The position numbers and the translations under genes are program-made. Positions 40,934-51,215 of a DNA stretch of 64,000 bases are shown here, piece by piece; the first letter of the stretch is position 1, and each line of letters begins with the position of its first letter. The notes beneath the pieces are model-generated. The model searched no databases. It was not told where the DNA came from and saw nothing but the letters and a program-made list of their open reading frames with translations. The DNA comes from Kiritimatiellia bacterium (GTDB lineage: Bacteria > Verrucomicrobiota > Kiritimatiellia > SS1-B-03-39 > UBA6053), in NCBI GenBank assembly GCA_018401235.1, contig JAGYLC010000001.1:7601-71600 (forward strand), in the 5' to 3' direction.

Positions 40934-43189
40934 TTACCCGATTCCGATAATTTCGCTGAAATCGACATTTCCGGCGGAGAGGACCAGCACCAGTGGAAGG
41001 CCTTCAGTGTCATGAAGCATATTCCGATAGTAGTCGACATACTCATCCGCAGGACTTTCCGGGTCGGGTTTTTTCATACCCATCACCACCAGGGAAGCAT
41101 CCTTTGAGGATCGGTGAATCATTTCCAGCGGGTTTACGCTTTCCATGACCAGAATTTCTATTTCCAGTTTGAGGCGGTGCTCCTCTTTGAATTCCTTGAG
41201 GTAGCTATGAATTTTTGTGCGTTCGGATTCATCGGATATCAGCCGTTTCAGTACGATGCGGGCGTTTTTCCACCGCCCGCCTTTGCTGAGCTGATAGGCG
41301 AGGGTAATCATCAATCCGATATTCGCCTGTTTGCCTCTCCACCAAATGTCGATACGCGGCTGCTCGGGCAGTTCCTCCAGTTGGTTGCCTTCTCTCACCA
41401 TGATTAAATTTTTGTTCAGAAAATGGCTTAGCCGCATGAAGCGGGTGAAGGCTTCCACCTGTTCGGCCTTTTCGCTTCCCCCGATCACCATGGTATTGGG
41501 TTCCAGCGGTCCGAATCCGTAGCCCCGTATCAGCGCTTCGGCTCCGGTAAGGGTGTCGGTGGCAGGAAAGAGCTTTACCATGGCCTCCACATCGCGTTTT
41601 TCCAGATATTCCTGAATGCTTTTGCGTAGAGAATTCACCCGTTCCGTGGTCCAGGATTCGGTGGGAATGATGGTGGCGAGGGTCAGGTAGGAACTGCCCC
41701 GGGCCAGCGAATCGCCCAGTTCAACCAGGTGCCAGCGGGTTTGGGGCGAGCCGCTGAATACCAGAACGTTCGGCCGCCAGTTGCGCTCGTCCGGCGGGTG
41801 TTTCAATAGGCGTTGCAGGGCAAATCGAATAAGCAGCATCAGTACCCCGTGCTTCATGTCGCCCCAGTCGGAGCGAATTTGCCTTCGTTTCATAAAAAAG
41901 TACAGGGAGCCCGTCACGATCAGCGCCGTAAAGGTGGCTCCGATATCGATCATAAGCATGGTGGTGAAACAGGCGGCGGCCCCGATCAGCGATCCCCACC
42001 AGGGAAAGCGGAATTTGGGCCGCCAGGTGGGACTTTCGATCAGCCCCTCCAGGCCGGAGGAAAGATTGATCAATCCATACGATGTAAGGAAAAACATGGT
42101 GAGTATGGGCGCGATCATGTTTAGATCACCCAGCAGAATTGCCACCAGTGCCACCGCAAACGAAATAGCGGTGGCGAAACGGGGATCGTTTTTCTTTCCG
42201 AATCCACGTCCGATGCCCCGGGGAATGACCTTGTCGTTGGCCAGGGCCTGCAGGGTACGCGGGGCACCCAGTAAGGCTCCCAGCGAACTGGAGAGGGTAG
42301 CCGCCCACACTCCTATCAGAATGAGTTGCCCCCATCGGGCGATTTCGGCCATGATCAGCGGGCGGGTGAGCAGGATGCGTTCATCTTTAATAAAATACAC
42401 CATCACGATCGGAATGGTCATGTAGACCAGATATCCGGTCAACACCGCGGCGATGGTGCCGCGGGGGAGAGATTTAGAGGGGTCTTTAAGATCCCCCGAC
42501 ATGGCGATCCCCGCCTCGATGCCGGTGACGGCAGGGAAAAATACTGCAAAAACCACCCAGAAACCAAATATGTCGGGCAGCACCGCATCCGGCAATAGAA
42601 AGTTTTGTTCGGGCGGTCCTCCCAGGAAAAAGGAGACCAGAGAGGCGAAAATGGTGCAGAGAATGAGCAACTGGGCTTTCAGGGCCAAGTCGGCGGAAAT
42701 GAGAGCCAAAAGGGTGAGGAGCAACAGGGAGATGACGGAGATAAAGCGGATTTCGCTGATGCCCTGAAAGACCTCCGGCAGATGCTCGATGAACGGAGCC
42801 ACATCCAATACGCCCACCACCGATTCCGCAAAACCGGAGATGTAAAAGGCGATCCCCAGTGCCTGGGCCAGAAACAGGGGCAAGCCAATGGCCGCACCGA
42901 CTTCGAGTCCCAGCGATCTGGAAATAATGAAGTAGGCACCGCCACTGCCCACCTTCATGTTGGTGGCGGTGGCGGAGAGGGAAAGTCCGGTCAGCAGGGT
43001 GATCGCGGTGGCCATGGTCACGATCAGCAGAGTCAACGGAAGCCCGACGTTTCCCAGCACCCAGCCGAAGCGCAGAAACATAATCACTCCGAGAATGGTG
43101 AGAATGCTCGGGGTAAAAACGCCTTGGAAGGTTCCGAAATTATAGCCTTCGGCAGCGGATGTTTTAGTGGATGACGATTTTTTAGCCAT
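40934..43189 (-). CDS. Cation-chloride cotransporter-like APC permease (SLC12/CCC homolog)
   Basis: FGTFQGVFTPSILTILGVIMFLR, GGAYFIISRSLG, FFPAVTGI..G..MSGDLKDP, NWRP, IDIWW. Confidence 0.85.
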   Translation of the reverse strand: MAKKSSSTKTSAAEGYNFGTFQGVFTPSILTILGVIMFLRFGWVLGNVGLPLTLLIVTMATAITLLTGLSLSATATNMKVGSGGAYFIISRSLGLEVGAAIGLPLFLAQALGIAFYISGFAESVVGVLDVAPFIEHLPEVFQGISEIRFISVISLLLLTLLALISADLALKAQLLILCTIFASLVSFFLGGPPEQNFLLPDAVLPDIFGFWVVFAVFFPAVTGIEAGIAMSGDLKDPSKSLPRGTIAAVLTGYLVYMTIPIVMVYFIKDERILLTRPLIMAEIARWGQLILIGVWAATLSSSLGALLGAPRTLQALANDKVIPRGIGRGFGKKNDPRFATAISFAVALVAILLGDLNMIAPILTMFFLTSYGLINLSSGLEGLIESPTWRPKFRFPWWGSLIGAAACFTTMLMIDIGATFTALIVTGSLYFFMKRRQIRSDWGDMKHGVLMLLIRFALQRLLKHPPDERNWRPNVLVFSGSPQTRWHLVELGDSLARGSSYLTLATIIPTESWTTERVNSLRKSIQEYLEKRDVEAMVKLFPATDTLTGAEALIRGYGFGPLEPNTMVIGGSEKAEQVEAFTRFMRLSHFLNKNLIMVREGNQLEELPEQPRIDIWWRGKQANIGLMITLAYQLSKGGRWKNARIVLKRLISDESERTKIHSYLKEFKEEHRLKLEIEILVMESVNPLEMIHRSSKDASLVVMGMKKPDPESPADEYVDYYRNMLHDTEGLPLVLVLSAGNVDFSEIIGIG

Positions 43190-43236
43190 GCCTACGGGTT
43201 CTAGGGTGCCGTATGGGAATTGGAAGGAAAAATCTT

Positions 43237-43348
43237 CGAAGATAGGAGATCGAAGATGGAAGATGGAAGATAGAGGTCAGAAGTCAGAAGTCAGAAGTCA
43301 GGTGGCAACCACCTCTTCTCATTGACCAATGACCACTGACAATTGACT
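43237..43348. repeat. Heptamer arrays (GAAGATR, AGAAGTC, TGACCAA)
   Basis: gaagataggagatcgaagatggaagatggaagata-gaggtcagaagtcagaagtcagaagtc...cattgaccaatgaccactgacaattgac at the typA stop. Confidence 0.8.
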
Positions 43349-45167
43349 ACTTCTTAGACGCCCTCGTCTGCCTCTTACGCAGGTTGGGATCGAGGATTTT
43401 TTTGCGGATGCGGAGGTTTTTGGGAGTGGCTTCCACGAATTCATCGTCGGAGATGAATTCGATGGCCTTTTCCAGGGTGAGGGTCGTGGGCGGTTCCAGC
43501 ATGATGGCCTTGTCGGTGCCGGAGGCGCGGACGTTGGTCATCTGCTTGGCGCGGCAGGGGTTGACGGGCAGGTCGCCGGGGCGGCTGCTTTCGCCGATCA
43601 CCATGCCGTCGTACACGTCTTCACCGGGGCCGATAAACAGGCGTCCGCGTTCCTGAATGGTGTCGAGGGCGTAGGCGGTGGCGGTACCCTGGGCGGCGGC
43701 AACCAGGGCGCCGGTGGAACGGGAGGGGATGTCGCCGGCCATGGGGGCGTATTCTTTGAACATGTGACTGAGCACGCCCTCGCCGCTGGTGAGGTTGGTG
43801 AGATAGCCGTCGATCCCAATCAGTCCGCGGGTGGGGCAGGTGGCTTCGAGCAATACCCGGCCGTTCTGATGTTCCATATGGGTGATTTGGCCTTTACGGG
43901 AGGCGAGGGATTGCATGAGGTCGCCCAGCGCGCTTTCAGGTATATCCAACCAGACATCTTCGTAGGGTTCCAGTTTTTCACCGCCGTCACCGATTTTGAT
44001 AATCACTTCGGGTCGGGAGACCAGCATTTCGAATCCTTCCCTGCGCATGGTTTCCATGAGCACGGCAATCTGCAATTCCCCCCGGGCCTGCACGATAAAG
44101 GAGGCACCGCCCTCGGCATCCCGCACGTTCATGGACACGTTGGTGTAGGTTTCCCGGATCAGACGTTCGCGCAGGTGGCGGGAGGTCAGGAATTTGCCTT
44201 CTTTGCCGGTGAAGGGTCCGTCATTGACGCAGAATTGCATCTGCAGCGTAGGGGGATCGATCGCGGTGTGGGGCAGGGCGGTTTGCTCTTCGTTTTTACA
44301 GAGGGTTTCGCCGATGTAGACATCTTCGAATCCGGCGATGCCCACGATTTCGCCGGCCTGTGCTTCTTCGATTTCGTGCAAACCCATGCCGGTAAATCCG
44401 TACAGTTTCATCACGGCCCCATTCTCGGGAACGGTTTCGTGCGGCAGACGTCGGATTTGCTCGCCTTTGCGGATGCTTCCCTCGCGCATGCAGCCAATGG
44501 CGATGCGGCCCACGTAGGGATTCCAGTCCAGATTGCTCACCAACATCCGGAACGTGGCGGTGATATCGGTTTCGGGGGAGGGAATATGTTCCAGAATCGC
44601 GTTGAACAGCGGATTCAGATTTTCGCGAGGATCCTCCAGTTCATGCACCACGTATCCCCCCAGGGCGCTGCCGTAGAGGAATTGGGCGTGGAACTGCTCT
44701 TCGGTCGCGTCCAATTCCAGCAGGAGATCGAGGACCTGATCGTGGACTTTGAGCGGATCGGCGGTGGGACGATCCATTTTGTTGACCAGTACCATCAGCT
44801 TTAGATTTTGTTCCAGTGCTTTGCGAAGCACAAAGCGGGTTTGGGCCTGGGGACCGTCCGAGGCGTCCACCAGTAGAATCACCCCGTCCACCATTTTCAG
44901 GATCCGTTCCACTTCGCCGCCGAAGTCGGCGTGTCCGGGGGTGTCCACTATATTGATTTTGGTTCCCTGCCAGACCAGCGAGGCGTTCTTGGCCTTGATG
45001 GTAATGCCTTTTTCACGTTCGAGATCCATGGAATCCATGGCGCGGTCGGCGATGTCCTGATTGTCTCGAAACACGCCCCCCTGATGCAGCATGGCATCCA
45101 CAAGTGTGGTTTTTCCATGGTCCACATGGGCGATAATTCCAATATTACGAATAGAAGGGGGGTTCAC
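43347..45167 (-). CDS. typA: Translational GTPase TypA/BipA
   Basis: [50 protein letters not shown]. Confidence 0.95.
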   Translation of the reverse strand: MNPPSIRNIGIIAHVDHGKTTLVDAMLHQGGVFRDNQDIADRAMDSMDLEREKGITIKAKNASLVWQGTKINIVDTPGHADFGGEVERILKMVDGVILLVDASDGPQAQTRFVLRKALEQNLKLMVLVNKMDRPTADPLKVHDQVLDLLLELDATEEQFHAQFLYGSALGGYVVHELEDPRENLNPLFNAILEHIPSPETDITATFRMLVSNLDWNPYVGRIAIGCMREGSIRKGEQIRRLPHETVPENGAVMKLYGFTGMGLHEIEEAQAGEIVGIAGFEDVYIGETLCKNEEQTALPHTAIDPPTLQMQFCVNDGPFTGKEGKFLTSRHLRERLIRETYTNVSMNVRDAEGGASFIVQARGELQIAVLMETMRREGFEMLVSRPEVIIKIGDGGEKLEPYEDVWLDIPESALGDLMQSLASRKGQITHMEHQNGRVLLEATCPTRGLIGIDGYLTNLTSGEGVLSHMFKEYAPMAGDIPSRSTGALVAAAQGTATAYALDTIQERGRLFIGPGEDVYDGMVIGESSRPGDLPVNPCRAKQMTNVRASGTDKAIMLEPPTTLTLEKAIEFISDDEFVEATPKNLRIRKKILDPNLRKRQTRASKK

Positions 45168-45373
45168 AAAAGCTCCGGGAAAGGGGGGTAAAAGGCTGGG
45201 TTCTATAGTCGAATTTGCTTAAAACACAATGTCAATCGCTGTGATTGTTCAAGTCGTGGGAGGATCAATGGATCAGGGGTGGTGTTTTTAAACCACGAAT
45301 TAACGAATAAACTCTGCTCGTTTAACGGGTGGATACATCCAGTTGACTGGCGAGGGAAAGATTGTAGTGCCAT

Positions 45374-45831
45374 TTGCGGGGAAGGGGCCATGCCTTTGCG
45401 GAGATCACGTCGAGAGAAGTGAAGGTGGTTCACCCGGACCGGGCGGTGGACGTGACCTTTGCGGTTAGCCATGCGGAGGAAGCGGAAGAGGAGACTCGGG
45501 CCTTTCGCACCAACAATGTGGGAAGCCTGGCCCGGGTGGACCGGTCCATCCGACGGAGCCGCGTCGTGAGCGCCGGGGTGGGCATGCGCTATGCCTCCGT
45601 GGAGACCTCCGAGGATCGTTCGGAGTGGTGGGATTTGTCGATGGCGGGGTGGTCACCGAGGAAGCGACCTTTGATTCCAGCGTGGACGACATGCGTTGGG
45701 GTACGGGACTGGGAGTTCGGTACTACACCCCGGTGGGCCCCCTGCGGTTGGATGTGGCGGTGCCCATCGACCGTAGAAGCGATATTGACGCCCCCTGGCA
45801 ATTTTACATCAGTTTGGGGCAGGCCTTTTAA
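45374..45831 (+). pseudogene. tamA: Internally deleted TamA/Omp85-family remnant
   Basis: Barrel-like fragments in two frames, ending GLGVRYYTPVGPLRLDVAVP..FYISLGQAF*. Confidence 0.7.
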
Positions 45832-46834
45832 TGAAAAATCGGAGGTCCAGAATGAAACGGGCTTGGCGGGTCTTTTTGGCGGGTCTGGCGCTGTTGACCC
45901 TGATTGCTTTTTGTCTGGTGATTTTAATTACGCCCCGGGGGCTTCGTCGACTCACTCCTTTGCTGGAGTCCCGCCTGTCCGATCTGCTTTCGCTGGAGGT
46001 TACCATCGAGGACCCTGTCTTGAGCTGGCCCCTGACGCTCAGCCTGGAATCGATTACGGCCACAGGCGGTGAAGGGCAGGTCCGCATGGACATCCGGGAT
46101 GCCGGAATCCGAATTTCCTTACGTCAACTTTTAAAGGGTCGGGCAAGGGTGCACCGGTTATCGATTGAATACATTCAGTACAGTGGATTTTTTTCGCCCC
46201 TCCTGATGAGGAGGAGACGGACAGCGAATGGGAACTGCCATTGCAGGTGCCGGATTTGGAGATGTTGTTTGAGAAGGTAATCGTTCACGACCTGCAGCTC
46301 AATCGGGTTCGGCTGGAGCCGCCCTTGGTTCAGGAGCCGATCGAATTGTCGCTACAGGGTTCTTTTACTGGTCGAATTTTGCATGCGGAGTTGGAACTGC
46401 TGGAGATAGCTGATCAAGCCTATTCCCCGACTCCCCGTCTTACGGTTTCGTTGGAAGTATCCCCCTATAACCGTTTTCAAAACCGGGACATGGTGATTAC
46501 GGTAAGGGTTGATTCGTTTGCAAAGCTGATTCCCGAATGGCTGGAATCCCTGGAAGATGAACTGGAGTTGCACCTGGATTTGCGGGAAACCCGTGAGACT
46601 ACCCTGCAGGTCACCAAGGGGCACCTCCAAAACCCGGTGGGAGATTTGATCTTTAATGGCGAACTGGATTTAACCACAGCCCGGTTGAATTTTAGCTTGG
46701 ACTTGTTTCTCCCGGATCTTACCCGGCTCCGGGCCTGGATCCCGGTTGATCTGTCGGGTGCCATCCGCCTGGAGACCACCACCGGCGGCGATTCCGATAC
46801 CGGGATTGGCATCCGTTGGACCCGGGATTACTAG
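45831..46834 (+). pseudogene. tamB: Frameshifted, internally deleted TamB remnant
   Basis: Follows tamA with TAATG overlap, N-terminal TM anchor, frameshift near 46200, ends GIGIRWTRDY* (TamB-like C-terminus) after only ~330 codons. Confidence 0.6.
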
Positions 46835-46890
46835 TGAAAAAATAAAGCACTATCCTTGCCTATTTATGCATCCATTATAAATACACAAAT

Positions 46891-47136
46891 ATGAGAACGT
46901 CGATCGATCTACCCGATGATGTATTTCACCGCGCGAAAATCGTTGCTGCGCAACGAAAAACCACTTTACGTGAATTAGTATTGATCGGGTTGGATTACGC
47001 TACGCGCACGGAGTCGGTCAATTCGGAACAACTGCGCCTGAACAGGGCTCAAGCGCTTCTTGATGCCTTGCAAGCAGATAACTCGGTCCCAATGCACCCT
47101 CTTACACGCGAAGAGTTACATGATCGGACACTCTAA
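46891..47136 (+). CDS. VapB-like antitoxin (RHH-type)
   Basis: MRTSIDLPDDVFHRAK..TTLRELV upstream of a PIN gene; TATTTAT-N9-ATAAATA palindrome upstream. Confidence 0.7.
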   Translation: MRTSIDLPDDVFHRAKIVAAQRKTTLRELVLIGLDYATRTESVNSEQLRLNRAQALLDALQADNSVPMHPLTREELHDRTL

Positions 47137-47148
47137 GAATCAGCAAAA

Positions 47149-47317
47149 ATGGTTTTTCTAGATACAAATATTCTCCTTTATTCCGGGTCCCAAGCAAAAG
47201 ATGACTTGAAAAAACGTGAAATTGCGTCCCGTCTGATTCTTGAACAGGATATTGCACTCTCTTCACAGGTCGTTCAGGAATATATTTCAAATGCTCTTCG
47301 TAAACCCGCATTGGGTT
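47149..47317 (+). pseudogene. Truncated PIN-domain (VapC) toxin
   Basis: FLDTNILLY...SSQVVQEY; similarity stops at the 60-bp element. Confidence 0.7.
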
Positions 47318-47376
47318 CCAGCCCTCCGTTTGAAGGGCAAAATAGCGGATGGGCATCGCAGATTCAACTGCTGTTC
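47318..47376 (+). repeat. Dispersed bipartite element, copy B
   Basis: CCAGCCCTCCGTTTGA-N20-CATCGCAGATTCAACTGCTGTTC. Confidence 0.7.
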
Positions 47377-47390
47377 TTAAACCAGCAAGT

Positions 47391-47470
47391 GTCCGCGAAG
47401 TCCGTGCCGTCCGCGGTTGTTTTATTTGCTTCGGATTTTGTCAACCACGGACGGCGCGGACCCCACGGAC
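47391..47470. repeat. Inverted 9-mer arrays (GTCCGYG.. / ..CRCGGAC)
   Basis: gtccgcgaagtccgtgccgtccgcggttg ... caaccacggacggcgcggaccccacggac. Confidence 0.65.
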
Positions 47471-47786
47471 CCATGCAGAAGGCATGTTAGAGTCTTCCAG
47501 TGAAAGATGATACATAAGCGTGTATTCCAGCGCGTTACACCCTGTTGGAGCTTTACCGCAGGGTGCCGCGTGGGATTTGGGGTGAGTTCAGGGGCTTCAC
47601 GCGGACCCTGCCGTTGTGCTGGCCATGCCTCCGGTTTGGTAAACTCCGTGCTCCTCCGTGTACTCCAGCGAGCGTGCGAGCGGGTGGTTCATTCGGTTGC
47701 GGATGAAATCTGCGTTAGGCAAGTCACTTCACTTTGGATCCGTTCCTGCATTTGTATCTGCGAGTGAAAAAACCAGATTTCACCAC

Positions 47787-48659
47787 TTAAACTGAGGTAT
47801 AGTGGGATTCCATTTCGCCAAACAACTCAGATGGCGTTTTCCCCGCATCCAACAAGGTGCGCAGGGCCTGGGAGTGGGATCGTTTGGACAGGCGCGTTCC
47901 TTCGGAGTCCCTTACCAGAGGCTGGTGGCACCAGGCGGGCGGGGTGGCTCCCAGGGCGCGATAGAGCAGGAGTTGGCGGGCGGTGGATCTGAGCAAATCC
48001 TGACCCCGAACCACCTCGGTGATCTGTTGACGAATGTCGTCCACCACCACCGACAATTCGTAGGAGGGAATGTTGTCCCGCCGCCACACCGAAAAGTCCC
48101 CAAAGTCCCGGCCCGCAGTCAGAGTGATATCTCCACAGACCGCGTCGGTGAAACGGATAACCTCCCCATCCGGCACCCGAAAGCGCCAGGTGACCCCGTC
48201 GGGTCGATCATAAACCTGCTCTGCGCCAGAGGGAGGGCGCCATTCCGGTGGGATAATCGGTTCCGCGTCCTGTTCGTCCTGTTGAGGGGGTCGGGGTAGG
48301 GATTGGATCTCTTTGCGACTGCGGGTGCAGGGATAAATGGATCCTTGCGCTTTCAGAATTTGCCAAGTGTGCAGATACTGTTCTGCATGCCGGGATTGGT
48401 AAACGGGTTCGCCATCCCAGTTCAAGCCCAGGCGTTGCAAATCCTCAAGCATACCTTGGGCAAAATGGGGTTTACAGCGGTTAAGATCCAAGTCTTCCAT
48501 GCGCAGGAATAATATGCCATTCACGTCCCGGGCACGTTTCCAGGCCTGATAAAAGGTGCGGGCGTGACCCAGATGCAGGTCACCGGTGGGGGTAGGGGCC
48601 AAGCGGCCTCGATAGGTGGACGGAGAGTTCATGAGGAGTGGAGTATCAGGGGGATTCAT
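47787..48659 (-). CDS. gluQ: Glutamyl-Q tRNA(Asp) synthetase
   Basis: RLAPTPTGDLHLGH, LRMEDLD, VVRGQDL, RLSKR; no anticodon-binding domain. Confidence 0.85.
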   Translation of the reverse strand: MNPPDTPLLMNSPSTYRGRLAPTPTGDLHLGHARTFYQAWKRARDVNGILFLRMEDLDLNRCKPHFAQGMLEDLQRLGLNWDGEPVYQSRHAEQYLHTWQILKAQGSIYPCTRSRKEIQSLPRPPQQDEQDAEPIIPPEWRPPSGAEQVYDRPDGVTWRFRVPDGEVIRFTDAVCGDITLTAGRDFGDFSVWRRDNIPSYELSVVVDDIRQQITEVVRGQDLLRSTARQLLLYRALGATPPAWCHQPLVRDSEGTRLSKRSHSQALRTLLDAGKTPSELFGEMESHYTSV

Positions 48660-48809
48660 GGGAGTGTATACCCTAAAGGCAAATTGCATACAGATGAAAA
48701 TCATATCAATTCATGGTTTTTAGGATTGCAACCAGAGGGAAGAATCATATAAGGAGCGACCCATTTTTAGTATTAACCCCGTCTATTTGAAGAAGTATCA
48801 GGAGTCTGC

Positions 48810-49412
48810 ATGAGTTATCGTGGTCCCAAAGCCAAAAAATCCCGCCGTTTAGGCGTTGCCATTACCCCCAAATCCCAACGGTATTTGGAAACCCGCGGTT
48901 TCCCCCCCGGTCAGCATGGTAAAGGCCGTCGCCCCTCCAAATTGTCCGATTATGGCCGTCAGTTGATGGAAAAACAGCGGATACGTTTTCAGTACAACAT
49001 GAGCGAAAAGCAACTGCGTCTGGCCTATGAAAAGGCGTCCCGCAGTCAGGATCCCACTCCCGATGTGTTGATCCAGTCGCTTGAGTCCCGCTTGGACACC
49101 GTGGTGCTGCGGGCCGGATTTGCCCGTTCCATCTTTGCCGCCCGTCAATACGTGAACCATGGACATTTCCTGGTCAACGGCAAAAAGGTGGACGTTCCCA
49201 GTTTTCAAGTGAAAGTGGGCGATGAAGTTTCTGTTCGCGAAAAAAGCAAAAACATGGACTGCTTCAAAAATGCATTGGCCATGGCTGAAAAAGTACCGTA
49301 CGTGACCACCAACGAATCGGACTTGAGCTGTCGATTGAGCACCATTCCCTCCCGTGAAGAAATTCCGGTGGTGGGCGATGTGGCTACCGTGGTGGAATTC
49401 TACTCCCGCTAA
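48810..49412 (+). CDS. rpsD: 30S ribosomal protein S4 (stand-alone, Cys-free N-terminus)
   Basis: YRGPKAKKSRRLG, PPGQHG, LESRLDTVV, ARQYVNHGH, VVEFYSR. Confidence 0.95.
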   Translation: MSYRGPKAKKSRRLGVAITPKSQRYLETRGFPPGQHGKGRRPSKLSDYGRQLMEKQRIRFQYNMSEKQLRLAYEKASRSQDPTPDVLIQSLESRLDTVVLRAGFARSIFAARQYVNHGHFLVNGKKVDVPSFQVKVGDEVSVREKSKNMDCFKNALAMAEKVPYVTTNESDLSCRLSTIPSREEIPVVGDVATVVEFYSR

Positions 49413-49442
49413 GACATTTAAACGATCAATCGGAACGAGCCC

Positions 49443-49694
49443 TTATCTGTACACTTCCCGGCGATGGCCGATTCGGAGTACCAGTACCTCTTGGTCGAGA
49501 ACTGCGTAAATGACCCGGTAGTCCCCGGCTCGGTATTTGCGTAGTCCTGCGAAAGCTCCTTTGAGGAGAGGGTGCGTTTCCGGGTTTTCGGCGAGATCTT
49601 TCTCCAGTTGGTCTAATAGTCTGCCGGCGACCGCCTTGTCGAGTTTGCGGAGATCGCGGCTGACGGAGCGCTTGTATTGGATCTTATAGGCCAA
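49443..49694 (-). CDS. RelE/ParE-family toxin
   Basis: LKGAFAGLRKYRAGDYRVIY..VLRIGHRREVYR. Confidence 0.9.
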   Translation of the reverse strand: MAYKIQYKRSVSRDLRKLDKAVAGRLLDQLEKDLAENPETHPLLKGAFAGLRKYRAGDYRVIYAVLDQEVLVLRIGHRREVYR

Positions 49695-49899
49695 GGGATT
49701 CTCTGAGTTCCTTGCCGTTGACTACGCCATCGCCATGATCCCGCAGACGGTCCAGCGCGATCTGAAGATCTGCCGATTCCTCGAGATAGGCTTCAATCGC
49801 TTTCTGAATGATAAACGATTTCGTTCTCTCCGACTCTTTGGCCACTTGGTCAAGCGCACCAGCCACTGTATCGGATACACGTACGGATATTGTCGTCAT
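49684..49899 (-). CDS. RHH antitoxin (RelB-like)
   Basis: TTISVRV..ERTKSFIIQKAIEAYLE; overlaps toxin; TTGTATTACAA palindrome upstream. Confidence 0.85.
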   Translation of the reverse strand: MTTISVRVSDTVAGALDQVAKESERTKSFIIQKAIEAYLEESADLQIALDRLRDHGDGVVNGKELRESLGL

Positions 49900-50025
49900 A
49901 TTGAGTCTCCTGTCATCAGTTGTATTACAAGATAAGCTGTCATATGTATTCTTCAAGTATCTTTCACTTCTGAATGGCCTTCCCTACTCAACGACTCGAC
50001 CACTCAACTACTCAACCAATCTCCC

Positions 50026-50661
50026 TCACACCATCATCTCTTTCATGGCAGTGGCGGTTTCGGCCATCAGCAGGTATTTGGAACTGCGAAGCGAGTGGTG
50101 AATGGCCACCGGGGATTTACTCAGCTTATCGGCAACTTTCTTTTGCAGTCCGAAGGTGCGGGTCACGGTGGGGTCTTCATATTGGAGGTATTGAAAGTCG
50201 CGGAGCTGCGTTAGCACATCGCATTCCACCCGGGTCAGGGTACTCAGCATTTCCACATAAAGGGTGGATAGCGCATTCAGTCCGATACCCACCCGGTTCC
50301 CGAAGCCCTGAAACCGTATGTGACTTTTTGATTGCGGAACTTTTTGTCGAATCGCTTCGATCTCATGTCCTAGGGGCTCGTTGAGCTGAATGCGTTCATG
50401 TTCAAACGTATTGTAGGGCAGAAGATCATGTCCGAAAAACACATTACAGGTTACGCCCCTTAGTAGGATGTGCAGATCCATTACTAAGAAGGGGAAAATG
50501 TTGGAATGGTAGGGCTTCACCCCTGTGTACCAGACGCCGGGGGCGTATTCGGTGAATTCTTGACTTAGGTACCAACGGTATCGTTTCCGCGCGATCTCCT
50601 GAAAGGGACCTATGGCGGGTGCCTGCTGCGGAGATTTTAAGGTAATCAGGGTTAGAATCAT
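50026..50661 (-). CDS. Hypothetical protein with SatD-like C-terminal HTH
   Basis: C-terminal QKKVADKLSKSPVAIHHSLRSSKY resembles the SatD HTH; lower GC. Confidence 0.5.
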   Translation of the reverse strand: MILTLITLKSPQQAPAIGPFQEIARKRYRWYLSQEFTEYAPGVWYTGVKPYHSNIFPFLVMDLHILLRGVTCNVFFGHDLLPYNTFEHERIQLNEPLGHEIEAIRQKVPQSKSHIRFQGFGNRVGIGLNALSTLYVEMLSTLTRVECDVLTQLRDFQYLQYEDPTVTRTFGLQKKVADKLSKSPVAIHHSLRSSKYLLMAETATAMKEMMV

Positions 50662-50754
50662 TTCTTGTACGAATGTTATCAATAGTAATTATGTAAAAGT
50701 GAAAGTGAATCAAAATCTTTTTGAACTAAAATCAAATTCAAAATCGTAGAGTTT

Positions 50755-51215
50755 TCATTCATGCACCAGAGCGCGTTCAATGCATTCCCGCTGTTGCCGG
50801 GTATCGGTAAAGCGGGGTCGGAGCAGCATGAAGGCGTCCACACGCAGGGTTTCCCGCAGGGATCGGAAGCGCACGCCATCTTTTTTGGCCTCCAGGATGC
50901 AGATCGGGGGCTGCGAACGCAGGACGCGGTCTTCTGAACAGGTGACCCCAAGAGCCTCGCGTTGCTTGGCAGTACCGATGATGAGGGCGGCGTGCGGATC
51001 ATAGGCTGATCATGAAATTCGTTCACGACATAGCGTGCGGATCGCATGAGCATGCATCCCGCCAGCCAGGCCGCCACAAAGGCCTGCAGGGAGTGTGTTG
51101 TATAGGGACTCCACCAACGCGGGGCCAGTGGTCGCATGGATTGCAGGGTGTCGCGCGCCTTTTCCAGTAAAGTGTGGAGGTCGGATTCGCTCGGAGACGG
51201 AAGGAAATTAGACAT
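50755..51215 (-). pseudogene. Frameshifted hypothetical gene overlapping the CCC stop
   Basis: MSNFLPSP.. frame switches near 51010 into YDPHAALIIGTAKQREALG..ERALVHE*. Confidence 0.4.
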
